Below are positions 50,596-63,682 of a stretch of DNA of 64,000 nucleotides, piece by piece; within the stretch, counting starts at the first letter, position 1, and each line of letters begins with the position of its first letter. The stretch is from Mobula hypostoma (taxonomy: Eukaryota): assembly GCF_963921235.1 (NCBI RefSeq), contig NC_086097.1:247940001-248004000 (forward strand). The letters run 5' to 3'. The position numbers were made by a program, and so were the translations under genes. The notes under the pieces are model-generated. The model saw nothing but the letters and a program-made list of their open reading frames with translations, was not told the DNA's origin and ran no database searches.

Positions 50596-53080
50596 ATGCT
50601 CCAGTCTATGGTCATGCACTTTGTTAGTAGAAATAAATGTGCAGACTATTTTCTAAATGGGGAGAAAATCCAAAATCCTTAGGTGCAAAGGGATGTAGGA
50701 GGCCCTGTGCAGAACACCCTAAAGGCTAACTTGCAGGTTGAGTCGGTGGTGAGGAAGGCAAATGGCATGATAGCATTCATTTCAAGAGGTCTAGAACACA
50801 AGAGTGGGCATGTGATGCTGAGGCTTTATGAGGCATTGGTGAGGCCTCACTTTGAGTATTGTGAACAGTTTTGGGTTCCTCATCAAGAAAAGATGTGCTG
50901 TTATTGGAAGTTCACAAGGATGAGTCCGGAAATGAAAGGGTTATCACATGAGGGTGAATCTCATTGAAACCTTTGGAATGTTGAAGGGCCTGGACAGAGT
51001 AGATGTGGAAAGGATATTTCCCATGATGGGGGAGTCTAGGACAAGAGGGGACAGCCTCAGGATAGAGGGGCGTCCATTTAAAACAGAGATGTGGAGAAAC
51101 TTCTTTTGCCAGAGGGTGATGAATTTGTGGAACTTGTTACCACAGGCAGCTGTGGAGGCGAGGTTGCTGGTGTATTTAAGGCAGAGCTTGATAGGTTCTT
51201 GATTGAACACGACATCAAAGCTTATGGGGCGGTCCAGGGTGTGGGGCTGAGGAGGGGAAAGGGATCAGCCATGATTGGTGGCAGAGCAGACTCGATGGGC
51301 CAAATGATCTAATTCTGCTCCTGTGTCTTATGGTATTATATTCTAAGTATGTTCTAACCAGGATGCTTACCAAACAGAAGCTGTAATTTTCCCCAATAAC
51401 GAAGGACAAATTAATGTTGGATTCTAAGGGAGAATGCCAGGGTAATAAGATTTTATGCTTGATTAAGTATTTTTGTTGGTAACGTATTTGAATTTTTGAA
51501 ATTCTTGGATTCAGATGCTCGTGAGTGTTTGTGAGGCTTTTACAGTATTTGTGAAATTGGTTCCAGTTTAACTGTCTGAAACTTAAAGTCAAAAACAGAG
51601 GACACAAACTGAGGGTAAATGGTGTGGGGAAACAGATTGTCTGTACAGGAGAAAATGTAACCTATTTAATGGCTAGGAGGCCCACTACTGTACTCGAAAG
51701 GGAAGAAGCAGAAATAGTTAATTCTGAAATTCTTCACAAATCGTCCTGGGCCTGTGGTATGGATAATATTTGTTAAAAGAAATGGTCTGCATATTTCCAA
51801 AATTATTGTTCATTTCGATGCCTTAATATTGATGAATGTCACTTTATGAGGTTGTTCTGGAAGATAGGATCAAATGTGAGGTTAGATTAGGTTAGATTAT
51901 GAGGACACGCAGTCCTCTTTTATTGTCATTTAGTAATGCATGCATTAAGAAATGATAGTGTTCCTCCAGAATGATACCACAGAAACACAAGACAAACCAA
52001 GACTAAAAAAACTGGCAAAAACCACATAATTATAACATATAGTTACAACAGTGCAAAGTAATACCGTAATTTGATAAGAACAGACCATGGGCACGGTAAA
52101 AAAAAGTCTCGAAGTCTCTCGAAAGTCCCATTATCTCATGCAGACTGTAGAAAGAAGAAAAACTCTCCCTGCCATGAGCTTCCAGCGCCGCAAACTTGCT
52201 GATGCAGCACCCTGGAAGCACCCGACCACAGCCCACTCTTGAGTCCGTCCGAGGTTGAAGCCCTAGCAGCTGTAGCAATGTTCTGTTTGCTTTCTTTGGT
52301 TCGTTTGTAAATCCACTTAGATCTATTCTCTCATCTGTCTTATGAGGATAGGTTGAACGAGCTAGGGCTATTCTCTTTGGAGTGAAGGAGGATGAGAGGT
52401 GACTTAGTAGATATGTACAAGATGATTCTTCCAGTAAGATGGTGGTGTGTTCGGATGCAGTGGCCTCTCAGGGACCAACCAAAGGTGCTTTTGTCATCTC
52501 TTTTATGATTGCATGATAATGCTGGACATAAGAACTTCAAGTCTGGCAGGCCTACCCCATCAGTGAGCTGCTCGTTGGTGGAGGAGCAGGACTTGGTGTG
52601 GAACGTGTTACTGCCTGATGCAGAAAGACAACGGAGCTGGTTTGCAGTCTAACAGTATGTGATTGTCCTGGATGTTACTCTTGCAATCACAAGACCCTGT
52701 TGGACACTGGTGTTGTAAAATGCTGCAAGTCTATTTGTGTATTGGTGAGACAGACGGCTGGGCAGCTGTCTGGCCTCGGTTATAGCAAGGACTAGGCCTC
52801 GAGTCTTGGACTTGCCTGTTACAGCAGTCCAGGAGAGGAGGCACCGGTCGGTGGCAGTGTGGCTCGCTGCCCATGTTGGGTTGGGGGGCTGCCCTCCAGT
52901 GTTCACTCAGTGGAAGACAAGCTGGGTTCCTTGAGCGTGTACGTTTGGCTGCATGCTGCTGAGAACTGCTTATTCTTGCCGTTAACACCCATGCAGGACA
53001 TGTCACTCAGGGACTTGGGACTATATATATATATTTTCTGTGTGACTCTTATGCTTACGGCTATCTTATATGTGCTATAA

Positions 53081-53676
53081 TCGGGGACCACTTTGAAGAG
53101 CACCTCCGCTCCATCCGCCGCAAGCGGAACTTCCAGTAGCATTTTAATTCCGATTCCCATTCCCATTCCCATTCTGACATGTCGGTCCATGACCTCCTTT
53201 TGTGCCAAGATGAGGCCTCTCATGGTGGAGAAACAGCACCTTGTGTTCCATCTGGGTAGCCTCCAACATGATAGCATGAATATTGATTTCTCCTAATGCA
53301 AAATAAAAATCCCCTCCCCCTCCCCTCTTCTTCTATTTCCCATTCTGGCTTTTTGCCTCCTCTTGCCTACCAATCACCTCCTCCTTCCCTATCTCCTATG
53401 GTCCACTCTCCTTGCCTACCAGATTCCTTCCTCTCCAGCCTTTTACCGTTCCCACCCACCTGGCTTCACCAACCACCTTCTAGCTAGCCTCCATCCCCTC
53501 CACCACCTTTATGTTCTGACACCTTGCCCCTTCCTTTCCAATCCTGAAGAAGGGTCTCTGCCAGAAACGTCGACAGTTTGTTCATTTCCATCGGTCCTGC
53601 CTGTTCTGCTGAGTTCCTGCAGCAACTTGTGTGTGTTGCCTTGGATTTCCAGCATCTACATACTTTCTCAAGTTTA
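53081..53676 (+). mobile_element. Penelope-like element 3' remnant (GIY-YIG endonuclease end, UTR and pLTR)
   Basis: GDHFEEHLRSI..., HFNSDSHSHSHSDMSVH, VEKQHLVFHLGSLQHDSMNIDFS; ctgaaga...gaaacgtcgac at 53544-53574. A similar remnant lies at ~44960-45460. Confidence 0.8.
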
Positions 53677-56006
53677 TGACGTGCTATATGTGTCTTTGCT
53701 GTGTGTGACTGCGAGGTAGAAGTTTGGCTGTATTCATGGGTCATCATGTATAGTTGAATGACAATTAAACTTGAACTTGATACGAGGTAGTGATTGAGTG
53801 GGCAGCCAGAGAGTTTTCCCCAGGGTGAAAAAGGCTAATACGAGGGGATATAGTTTTGAGGTGTTTGCAGGAAAATATAGGAGGGATGTCAGAGATAGGT
53901 TCTTTACAAGTGGGTGTGTGGAACACCCTGCCAAGTGTGGTGATGGAGACAGATACTTTAGGAGCACTTAAGAAGCAATTAGATAGCCACATGGATGATA
54001 GAAAAGTGAATGACGATGTAGGAGGGAAGTATTATATTGATCTTAGTGCAGGTTAAAAGGTCTGCACAACATTGTAGATCGAAGGGCCTTTACTGTGCTG
54101 TAGTGTTCTATAGTGTATATTCTGGATTCTTCTACCAGTGGACACAATTCTCTTTAATGAGACATCTGGAGAGGATTTATATTTTTGCAAACCTCCGTAA
54201 TATCTCAACTAAACTTCTCTGCAAACAATTTCACCTTTTCTCATCTTTTCCTGTAATATAAAGTCCTCGTGCCAAGAGCTATGATGGTAAATCATTTCTC
54301 TATCCTCTTAAGGGCCTTCAAATCCTTTCCAAGATGCCATGATCAGAATTTAATGCACTGTTCGCTTTGTGGTTGAACCAGTATTTTATAAGGGTTCATC
54401 ACAGATTTTTCACTTTCCCACTCCCTACTTTTATGAAGTCCAGTTTCCCTTGAAGAAGCCTCAAATGTGGTTGGGGAATTCGCTGGAGGAAACGACTTCT
54501 CTGAAAGATCAGCTTGATTTGTCACCCGTACATCAAAACACACAGTGAATTGCATTGTTTGCTTTAAGGATATGTTGGAGGGCAGCCCCACAACTGCTGC
54601 TGTGCTTCTGACACCAGCTCTGGGTGCTCCAGTGTCCTTGCACAATCCAGAGATGCATGATGTAGGGTTAGTACGCTGTGGGAATGCTATGAGGCGTGGT
54701 GATGCTTACAGGCTGCCCCCAGCACATCCTCAGACTGTTGGCCGTTGACACAAATGATACAGTTGAATGTACATTTTGATGTTTCGACGTATATGTGACA
54801 AACGAAGCCAATCTTTATCGCTAACACCGCTTGGCCATTTTGGTTCGCTCCTAACCGCCGGGCACATCTACATGAACAACTGTCATGGGAAAGCAGCCTC
54901 CCCCATCAGAGATCTTCATGCTCACTTCTCGCTGCTGCCATCAGGTAGAGGGTACAAGAGCCTCAGAACTCACACCACCAGGTTCAAGAACAGTTACTAC
55001 CTCTCAATCATCTGGCTCTTGAACCAAAGGGGGTAACTACATTCACTTGCCCATCCATTGAGAAGTTCCCACAACCAAAGACTCTTTATCTTCAAGATTC
55101 AAGATCCATTATCAAAGAATGTATAAATTATACAACTTTGAGATTTGCTTGCTCACATGTAGCCACAAAGTAATAAACCCGAAAGAACCCAATTAAAGAA
55201 AAAAAGAATAAAAATAAAAGACCAACTCTCGATGCGCATGAGAAAGAAAACAAATACAAATCATGCCAAGAATTGAAGTGTTCTGAACCCTGGAGCAACC
55301 CAGTGTCAACCCAAAGCCTCACTTATCAGTTCCTCACAATAGCAGGCTCAGAGCTCAGCAGCTGGGTAGTCTTCATAGCCTCACCGCCATGGAGATGACT
55401 ATCATGGAGAACGAGCGGAATCGCCTCTCGTCCTGACTTTTCAGTCTATCTGGGCTGGCATTTAAATTGACCCAACGATGGAACAACGAACGACTCTGGC
55501 ACCCTGGAGAGAGGAGTGAAGATCGAGGAGACCGAGCAAAATTGCTTGCTCTCCTCAATCTTGCTTGCCTCCAGTCTGGGCCAGCGTTTAAATTGTCTGT
55601 ACAGTGTATCGGGCCTCACACTAGGACCCAGGCACCACTGCCGTGAAAGGCTCCAGGCCTAGACCACGCCGCCCATTGACTGGCTCTGGGCCCAGGTTTC
55701 GTGGCCCAGCTCTTCAGATCAGGTTGGTGCCCAGGGTGTTCCTGGGCCAGTTGAATGAGCATCGGAACTTCTCTGCCCGGGCCCCGACTTACCCCTTCAG
55801 CTCCCATTGCGATCCAGCCTCACTCCCGGGCCAGCCACACTGGCACCGGAACTGCAGTGATCCTGCAACATACCATCTCGGCTCATCCCCTGAACTCGCC
55901 TTGCCATTACTCATCCCTCCACTGTTTGTGGTGATCCGCAGCTCAGTCTAATAGATAAAATTACTACAGTACTGTGGAAAAGTCTTAGGCACGCTAATTA
56001 GATAGA

Positions 56007-57839
56007 TGAGGGGTGCTTGATAAGTCCGTAGCCTAAGGTAGAAGGAGTCAATTTTAGAAAACCTAGCACATTTATTTTTCAACATAGTCCCCTCCTACAT
56101 TTACACACTTAGTCCAGCGGTCGTGGAGCATACGGATCCCTTCTTTGTAGAAGTGGTCCACAGCAGGGGTGATTGATAAGTTCGTGGCCTAAGGTAGAAG
56201 GAGATGAGTTACTAACTTCAAACTTTCTGCGTTATCACTCAAAGAGTTGAACTGTATGTGCATGTAGCGAGAGTTGAATAAAGAAGGGATCCGTATGCTC
56301 CACGACCACTGGACTAAGTGTGTAAATGTAGGAGGGGACCATGTTGGAAAATAAATGTACTTATACTTTATACTGTATTGTCGCCAAACAATTGATACTA
56401 GAACGTACAATCATCACAGCGATATTTGATTCTGCGCTTCCTGCTCCCTGTATTACAAATATTAAATATAAAAATATTTAAAAATAGTAAATATTAAGTA
56501 TTTAAATTATAAATCATAAATAGAAAATAGAAAAATGTAAAGTAAGGTAGTGCAAAAAAACCGAGAGGCAGGTCCGGATATTTGGAGGGTGCGGCCCAGA
56601 TCTGGGTCAGGATCCGTTCAGCAGTCTTATCACAGTTGGAAAGAAGCTGTTCCCAAATCTGGCCGTACGAGTCTTCAAGCTCCTGAGCCTTCTCCCGGAG
56701 GGAAGGGGGACGAAAAGTGTGTTGGCTGGGTGGGTCGTGTCCTTGATTATCCTGGCAGCACTGCTCCGACAGTGTGCAGTGTAAAGTGAGTCCAAGGACG
56801 GAAGATTGGTTTGTGTGATGTGCTGCGCTGTGTTCACGATCTTCTGCAGCTTCTTTCGGTCTTGGACAGGACAACTTCCATACCAGGTTGTGATGCACTC
56901 TAGAAGAATGCTTTCTACGGTGCATCTTTAAAAATTAGTGAGAGTTTTAGGGGACAGGCCAAATTTCTTTAGTTTTCTCAGGAAGTAAAGGCACTGGTGG
57001 ACCTTCTTGGCAGTGAACTCTGCTTAGTTGGACCAAGTCAGGTCATTTCTGATATTGACCCCGAGGAACTTAAAACTTTTGACCTGTTCCACTTGCGCAC
57101 CATTGATGTAAATTGGGTCATGCGGTCCGCTACTCCTTCTGAAGTCAACAACCAATTCCTTCGTCTTGCTGACGTTGAGGGATAGGTTATTGTCTTCGCA
57201 CCATGCCACCAAGTTCTTAATTTCCTCTCTGTACTCAAACTCATCATTACCCGAGATACGGCCTACAATTGTTGTGTCATCAGCAAACTTATATATTGAG
57301 TTTGATGGAAACTTGGCTACACAATCATGGGTGTACAGTGAGTACAGCAGGGGGCTGAGTACACAGCCTTGTGGGGCACCGGTGCTCAGAGTGATTGTAG
57401 AGGAGAGCTTGTCCCCTATTTTTACAGCTTGGGTCCTGTCTGTGAGGAAGTTGAAGATCCAGCTGCAGATCTGAGTGTTAAGGCCCAGGTTCCGGAGTTT
57501 AGGAATCAGTTTATTTGGAATGATGGTAGTAAAGGCAGAGCTGTAGTCAATGAAAAGGAGCCTTACGTATGCGTCTTTATTCTCAAGCTATTCTAAGGAG
57601 GAATGTAGAGCCAGACAGATGGCATCTGCTGTTGACCTGTTGCTCCGGTAGGCGAATTGCAAAGCATCGAGGTTGACCGGTCGGCTGTGGTTGATGTGTG
57701 CCATAACCAATCTCTCGAAGCACTTCACAGCAATTGATGTCAGAGGCACAGGTCGATAGTCATTCAGGCATGCCACCTTGTGCTAGATTTTCTAAAATTG
57801 ACTCCTACTTTAGGCCACAAACTTATCAATCATCCCTTG
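56007..57839. mobile_element. Mariner-derived MITE with long inverted repeats, interrupted by Rex1
   Basis: Ends gaggggtgcttgataagt / acttatcaatcatcccttg-ta. The arms encode the mariner C-terminus GIRMLHDHWTKCVNVGGD. Confidence 0.75.
56360..57779 (-). mobile_element. Rex1/Babar-type LINE, RT region to 3' UTR
   Basis: [42 protein letters not shown] and [16 protein letters not shown]. Confidence 0.9.
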
Positions 57840-57967
57840 TATGTGTCTTAAGACTTTTGCACAGCACTGTATTTCTCTCACTGTCTTATATACCTCTATC
57901 AAGTTGCTTCTGATCCACATTCGCTTTAATAAGTGTCTTTAAAAACTTGTATATTCATTGTTGCTCT

Positions 57968-58854
57968 TGTTACGTACCCCGTAACTGGGTTGCCAAACCA
58001 GCAGAAATGGATCACTCAGTTGGAGTCTGGATTACTAGAACTAAGAAAGTTTTATTAAAAAAAACAAGCAACACAGTAATCGAAAGAATAATAAATGCAA
58101 CAGTTCAGCAATGATAAACACACGTGCACAGAATTAAGATAACAGGATCAATCAAGCTCTATCATTGTCTAGGGGTAAATGACCAATTTCAAAGTGACGC
58201 AAAGTTCAGTCCGATTTAGTTCAGTTCGCAGTAATCGTTGCCGTGGCGATGGACAATGTGGGGAGAGAGAGAGAGAGAACAAGAACGAATGATCATTCAG
58301 AAACGGCTTCCACTCACAGACCAGCGATATTGCTCACAAGCAGCTTTCGGGCGCGTCCTTTGTGATGTCACCTGAGGTCACCGACTGTGACCCCTCCTCC
58401 AGATGCGGTCGATCCTCTGCAGTGAACCCAGCACCCAAGCGAGGGTGGACACACACCGGGTTCCCGCTGATCGTACCTTTCCACCCTGTGCGTCTAAGGC
58501 TTGGTTCCGCAACCAGCCTTCCAAACGACTCCCGCCAACTTGCGGGGGGGGCACCGCTTCCAGGGTCTCGTTACCTCGTGGTGTCGTGTGTGTCCTGCCT
58601 TAACGAACCTGTCCCTTTTTATCCCCCTGCTGGGGTATCGCCTGTCCATCACACTTCAAACAGTTCAGGGTTCAAAGGGGGAGCCGATCTTGACAATACC
58701 CAGACTGATGGCTCCTTCATTAACATCTCCAAATGCTGCTTCATTGTGTGCCTTATCTCTCCCTCCCCTGAGGACAGGTGGCAGACCAACTGCTGATGCC
58801 ACTGATGCTAGCCCAGGCCAGCAAACATCTTAATTTATGTGTATTCTCGTCACA
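57968..58854 (-). mobile_element. Solo LTR (887 bp), Gypsy-like
   Basis: tgttacg ... cgtcaca termini with 4-bp TSD CTCT (57964-57967 and 58855-58858). On the minus strand, ATAAAA lies at ~58620 and AATAAA at ~58052. Confidence 0.8.
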
Positions 58855-59435
58855 CTCTGTTGTGGCGAATGAGCAGAAAAAAAGGAATCGCATGGGGCAA
58901 GAACACTGCATTAAGGAGTAGAAGTTGTCGTTCAGCATTCATTTAATGTTGCACTGGATTGTCAGCTGGGATTACATGATCAAACATGACCCTCTGACTT
59001 TCAGGTACAGCCGGTCCAACTGAGCCAAGTTTGGCAGATGTTAGATTTTTATCAATTATGGGTTCCCTCGGTCTTCGCCCTGAAGGGGTTAGTTTCATCC
59101 TCTTGGAGTTTCATTTATAGAAGAGGTTTCTTTCTGTTACATCAAATGAAACAGATTGAGAGAGGAACACAAGACAGAAAAACCTCAGTGGGTATGTCTG
59201 AATATCTTTTATCTGCTTCTGAACAGGGAAACAAGCTCTTCACTGTTGGAACAATGGTGTCTCTACCAATGCAGCAAGAATTGAAGACAAAACATTCAAT
59301 GGCTCATAATATTTGGAAAATCTGATGACTTAAGTCACTGTTAGAATGTGACATGATTCCATGGGACTACTTCTTTAATATATATACTTAATGTAAGTGT
59401 ATTTATACACTCAGACCCAACTTAACGCTGAGGAT

Positions 59436-59612
59436 TTAAAAACGCAAACACGAGGAATTCTGCAGATGCTGGAATTTCAACCAACACACATCAAAGCTGC
59501 TGGTGAACGCAGCAGGCCAGGCAGCATCTCTAGGAAGAGGTACAGTCGACGTTTCGGGCCGAGACCCTTCATCCTGACGTCCTGCGTTCACTAGCAACTT
59601 CGATGTGTGTTG
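59436..59612. mobile_element. Penelope-derived insertion with short inverted arm and 15-bp TSD
   Basis: TSD cttaacgctgaggat (59421-59435 and 59613-59627). Confidence 0.82.
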
Positions 59613-59934
59613 CTTAACGCTGAGGATGCGTTCCTCAGAGGTGGAACACTGAGTCAGCTCTTTGCGAGGTCATTATAACTACCCAGGCTGTGGGTCCTCC
59701 TCTGACTTTAGTTTCTTCTTCAAGTGGGTGTCGAGATTTGACTGCCTTTTCTTCAGTTCTCGGTAGCAGGAAATCATGTCAAGAACACCTCTCCTTGCCT
59801 TATTGCTTTGCTCCCAGTCAGGGTCTTCCTTCCTATTGTGTTGCATCAGACAGTCAGCCATTCTTGTCTGGCACATAGTATCAGTCTCCTTTCAGATTAA
59901 CCAAGTCACGATGTGAACGTTCCTGACTTGACCC

Positions 59935-60080
59935 TTGTTTTTCACGAGGCCGAGTGGCTAGCTCGACGCTCAACCTGGCACAGATGGAAAGCGTGCTCGG
60001 GGGGGCGGCCCGACTTGGATTCGAACTCAGGAGCCTTCACTCCGGAGTCCGTCGCTGATGCCACTGCGTCACCAGCCGGC
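59935..60080 (-). mobile_element. Short tRNA-derived SINE
   Basis: Minus strand gccggctggtgacgcagtggcatcagcg... with B box gagttcgaatcc. Confidence 0.65.
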
Positions 60081-60748
60081 TAGTCAAGGTTATCATCGAT
60101 GAACTGGTCCATGATTTGAATGATCGTGGTGGTGCTAGTGCTGAGGAATTTTGTGGTGAGGTTTCTTGCTGGAGTTTCCTCTTCTCCATCCGTGTCCTCA
60201 GATTCACCCAGGATGTGTTGCTCTGCCAATTCTCAAAGCTTGTCATTATTAAGGCTCTCACCATGAGAATGCAGGAACTCTTCAACAACGCCATCGTTAA
60301 CCCTCTAATCACACATCATTGGCCAGTTCAACGATGGTTTAGATGATTGGTTCCGCCTGGAATCCTAGGAGTTTCACATCCATGCTAATGGTTTCCCTAG
60401 ACCCCTTAGGTGTACTCCCCTCATTAGAAGATGCAGGCCGTTTTCCAGACATTAAGGGTGAAAAAAATGGAATAAGTTGGCAAGTGAGCAAGAAGTTTTA
60501 CACATGCAGGGGAGGCAGAGCGTGAACTAATATGTGATTGGCTGTGAGTGGCGCAGAGTGCGTGTAAAGTGTTCTCATTGGCTGATTGAATGTTGACTGT
60601 AATGGTGGCCGCTCTTGAGAAGTTTTAAGTGTTGTTTAGAATGAATTTTTGTCATTTAAAAAAATTTAATGAAGAATTGAATAATTGCATTTTAACGAGT
60701 CAGCGCTATGCTGGGTTTGAGTGTATATATATAGATGCACGCGCGCGT

Positions 60749-60749
<1 letters not shown>

Positions 60750-60797
<48 letters not shown>
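60750..60797. repeat. (CA)n microsatellite
   Basis: About 24 CA units preceded by gcacgcgcgcgtg. Confidence 0.95.
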
Positions 60798-60798
<1 letters not shown>

Positions 60799-63519
60799 CT
60801 ATGTATATTTATTTATTTAGTGAGATACAGCATGGAACAGGCCCTTACGTCACTTCAAGCCAAATGGCCCAGCAACCCCCAATATAACCCTAGCCTAATC
60901 ACAGGACAATTTACAAAGACCAATTAACCCACCAACCAATGCGTCTTTGGACTGTGGGAGGATAGTGAAGCACCCAGAGGAAACCCACACAGTCACGGGG
61001 AGAAAGTACAAACTCCTTACAGGCATTGATGGGAATAGCATCGCTGGGACTGTAAAGCATTGCGCTAGCAACTACGCTACCATGCTGCCCATCATCATGG
61101 CTGATTGATTTTCCTTCTCAACCCTATTCCCCTGCCTCCTCCCCGTAACCTTTGACACCCCGACTAATCAAGAACCTATAAACCTCTGCTTTAGATATAC
61201 CCAATGACTTGGCCTCCCCAGACATCCATGGTAATGCATTCTACAGATTTGGCTGAAGAAATTCCTTGTCATCTCTTTTCTAAAGGGGTGTGTTTGTGTT
61301 TTGAGGCTGTGCCCCAGGTCCAAGCCTCTCTGACAAAAAGAAACTCGTGCTCTGTGTCCAAGCAAATTGTTCCCCAAACAAATTCCCTCAAGAACCTATA
61401 AGATAACCATCTTAGGCAGCATGATAGCATACCGCTTAGCTCGATCAGTTCACAATTGCTGTGGGTGATCCCGGTTTCCTCTCACACTCCAAAGACGTAC
61501 GGGTTAGGGTTAATAAGTTGTGGGCCTGCTCTGTTGGTGCCAGAAGAATGCTGGGTAGCCTGCACAAACTTCACTGCTTAATGTATCGCGATGTATGTAT
61601 TTCATTTCCAATCAATGCAGCTACAGAGAAGGCAAAACAGCAGCTACATTTCATTAGGAGTTTGGGGAGATTTGGTATGTCGGCAAAAACACTAGCAAAC
61701 TTCCACAGACGTACGGTGGAGAGCATTCTGACTGGCTGCATCACCGTCTGGTATGGGGAGAGGGTCGAAGAAAGCTGTAGAGCGTAGCCAGCTCCGTCAT
61801 GGGCACCCGTCTCCCCAGCATCCAGGACATCTTTAAGGAGTGATGCCTCAAAATGGCGGCATCCATCATCAAGGACCCCCATCACCCAAGTTACGGCCTC
61901 TCCTCATTGCTCCCTTCAGGTAGGAGGTACAGAAGCCTAAAGGCACACAACTCGGGAACAGCTTCTTCCCCTCTGCCATCTAAATGGACATTGAACCCAT
62001 GAACACAACTATTTCTATTTTTGCAGAACTTATTTAATTTAACTATTTTATATGCTTGCTGTAATTTACTGTTATTTTCCTATTATTATGTATTGCATTG
62101 AACTGCTGTTGCAAAGTTCACAAACTTCGCGACACACGCCGGTGCTGATAAGCCTCCTTCTGATTCTGATGTTTCGATGTGCTGGTGACAAATGAAGCTA
62201 ATCTTGACATCGTGGCTTGTCATCTCTTTAATCACCTCACAAACAGTGATTTCCAGGTCATTGCTGTCATGTATGCACAGAGCAAGTACGACAACAGAAG
62301 AGTAAACGTACTTTTACATGAGTTAGCCTCGTTACCATGGTAAACACCAAGTAACAGACAGAGTGACAGCAATGAGAAGAGCAAACGGAGCCAGAAGTCC
62401 CCATGTCCCTGAATCTGCATGCGAAGAAATATCCACCCATAGACAAGCACATTCAATCCGCTGAGCGACCAAATGACAGTTTTACATTTGGGTTCTCACC
62501 ATGTTCTTGATAAGTTCAATCACCATTCATTGTCAAAGTTATGATCAAAATGTAGGTACAGTACTGTGCGAAAGACTTAGCCACATATATTTAACTAGGA
62601 TTTTTGCATCGTACTGTAGTAATTTTATGCACTGAACTGCTGCAGCAAAAAGCAACAAATTTCATGAGATATGTGAGTGATGATAAATCTGATTCTGATA
62701 TGGGTCTCTATTGTGGACTGAGAATGGGAAGGGGGCAGGGAGAGGGAAATCATGGTTGGGGAAAGGGGAAGGGGGCGTGAGCATCAGAGGGACATTCTGT
62801 AATGATCAATAAACCAATTGTTTGGAATCAAATGACCTTGCCTGGTGTCTCAGGGCTGGGTGTGTCTGCACCCACACCAACCCCTGGCACACCTTCTCTG
62901 CCACCTGTCCCACACCCCTCCTGCAGCAATCCACCCTCACCATGCCCAAAGTCCTTTGCCCCCGCCAGATTTACAAACTCGCTCTTCGCTCCATGTTGAT
63001 AAATACAGTACTGTGCAAAAGTCTTAGGCACCCTAGATATATACACTGTTTGTGCCAAAGACTTCAGCACCATAGTTTATGTTACTATATATGACTCATT
63101 TTGCTGCAGTAATTTACAGAAACAAAAACTTACAACAGAAATTATGAAAAACTTGCATATAGACTGACAAACAACCAGTGTGCAAAAGAAGACACATTGT
63201 GCAAAATAAAATCTAATATTGAACATATATAATATACAAAATAAACCTGAGTTGTAAGGAGTCCTTGAAAGTGAGTCTGTAGGTCATAGAACGAGTTCAG
63301 TGTTGTGGTGAATGAAGTTACCCTTGCTGGTTCAGGAGCCTGATAGTTGTTCTGAACCTGGAGATGGGAGACCTGTGGATACTGTCCCTCCTGCCTGGTG
63401 GTGGTGGTGAGAAGAGAGCATGGCCTGGATGGTGGGGATTTTTAATGCTGGATTCTGCTTTCTCTACGTAAATGTACTGTGCGGTGGGAGGCTTTGCTGT
63501 ATTGATGGACTAGCTGTAT

Positions 63520-63682
63520 TCACCCTGCTACTTGCTTCCTTTCCAGTTCTGACGAAGGGTCTCGGCCCGAAACATTGACTGTTCATTCATTTCCATAGAT
63601 GCTGCCTGGCTTGTAGAGTTCCTCCAGCATTTTGTGTGTGTTACTCTGGATTTCTGACATTTGCAGAATCTCTCATGTTTAT
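63520..63682 (+). mobile_element. Penelope pLTR fragment with hammerhead motif
   Basis: cagtt ctgacga a gggtctcggccc gaaa catt gactg at 63544-63581. Confidence 0.75.

Larger units (their letters stand above)
49380..51335 (+). mobile_element. Decayed CR1 ORF2 with nested Penelope palindrome and SINE head
   Basis: KSPGPDE, GKSCLTNLLEFFEE, YLDFQKAFD and RPHFEYC motifs in successive broken ORFs. Confidence 0.88.
59408..60723 (-). mobile_element. Tigger-like DNA transposon remnant with nested Penelope insertion and SINE
   Basis: 24-bp imperfect TIRs cactcagacccaacttaacgctga / cactcaaacccagcatagcgctga (reverse complement) with TA flanks. Transposase C-terminal remnants EEFLHSHGESL and DPDWEQSNKARRGVLDMISCYREL. 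Confidence 0.7.

Noticed and set aside
58990..59325. Next VPS41 exon (tttcag|gtacag, V-Q...) or the 95-aa ORF 59038..59325
   Set aside because: The translation VQPVQL does not match the expected VQVFGLY..., and the ORF has no recognisable motif.
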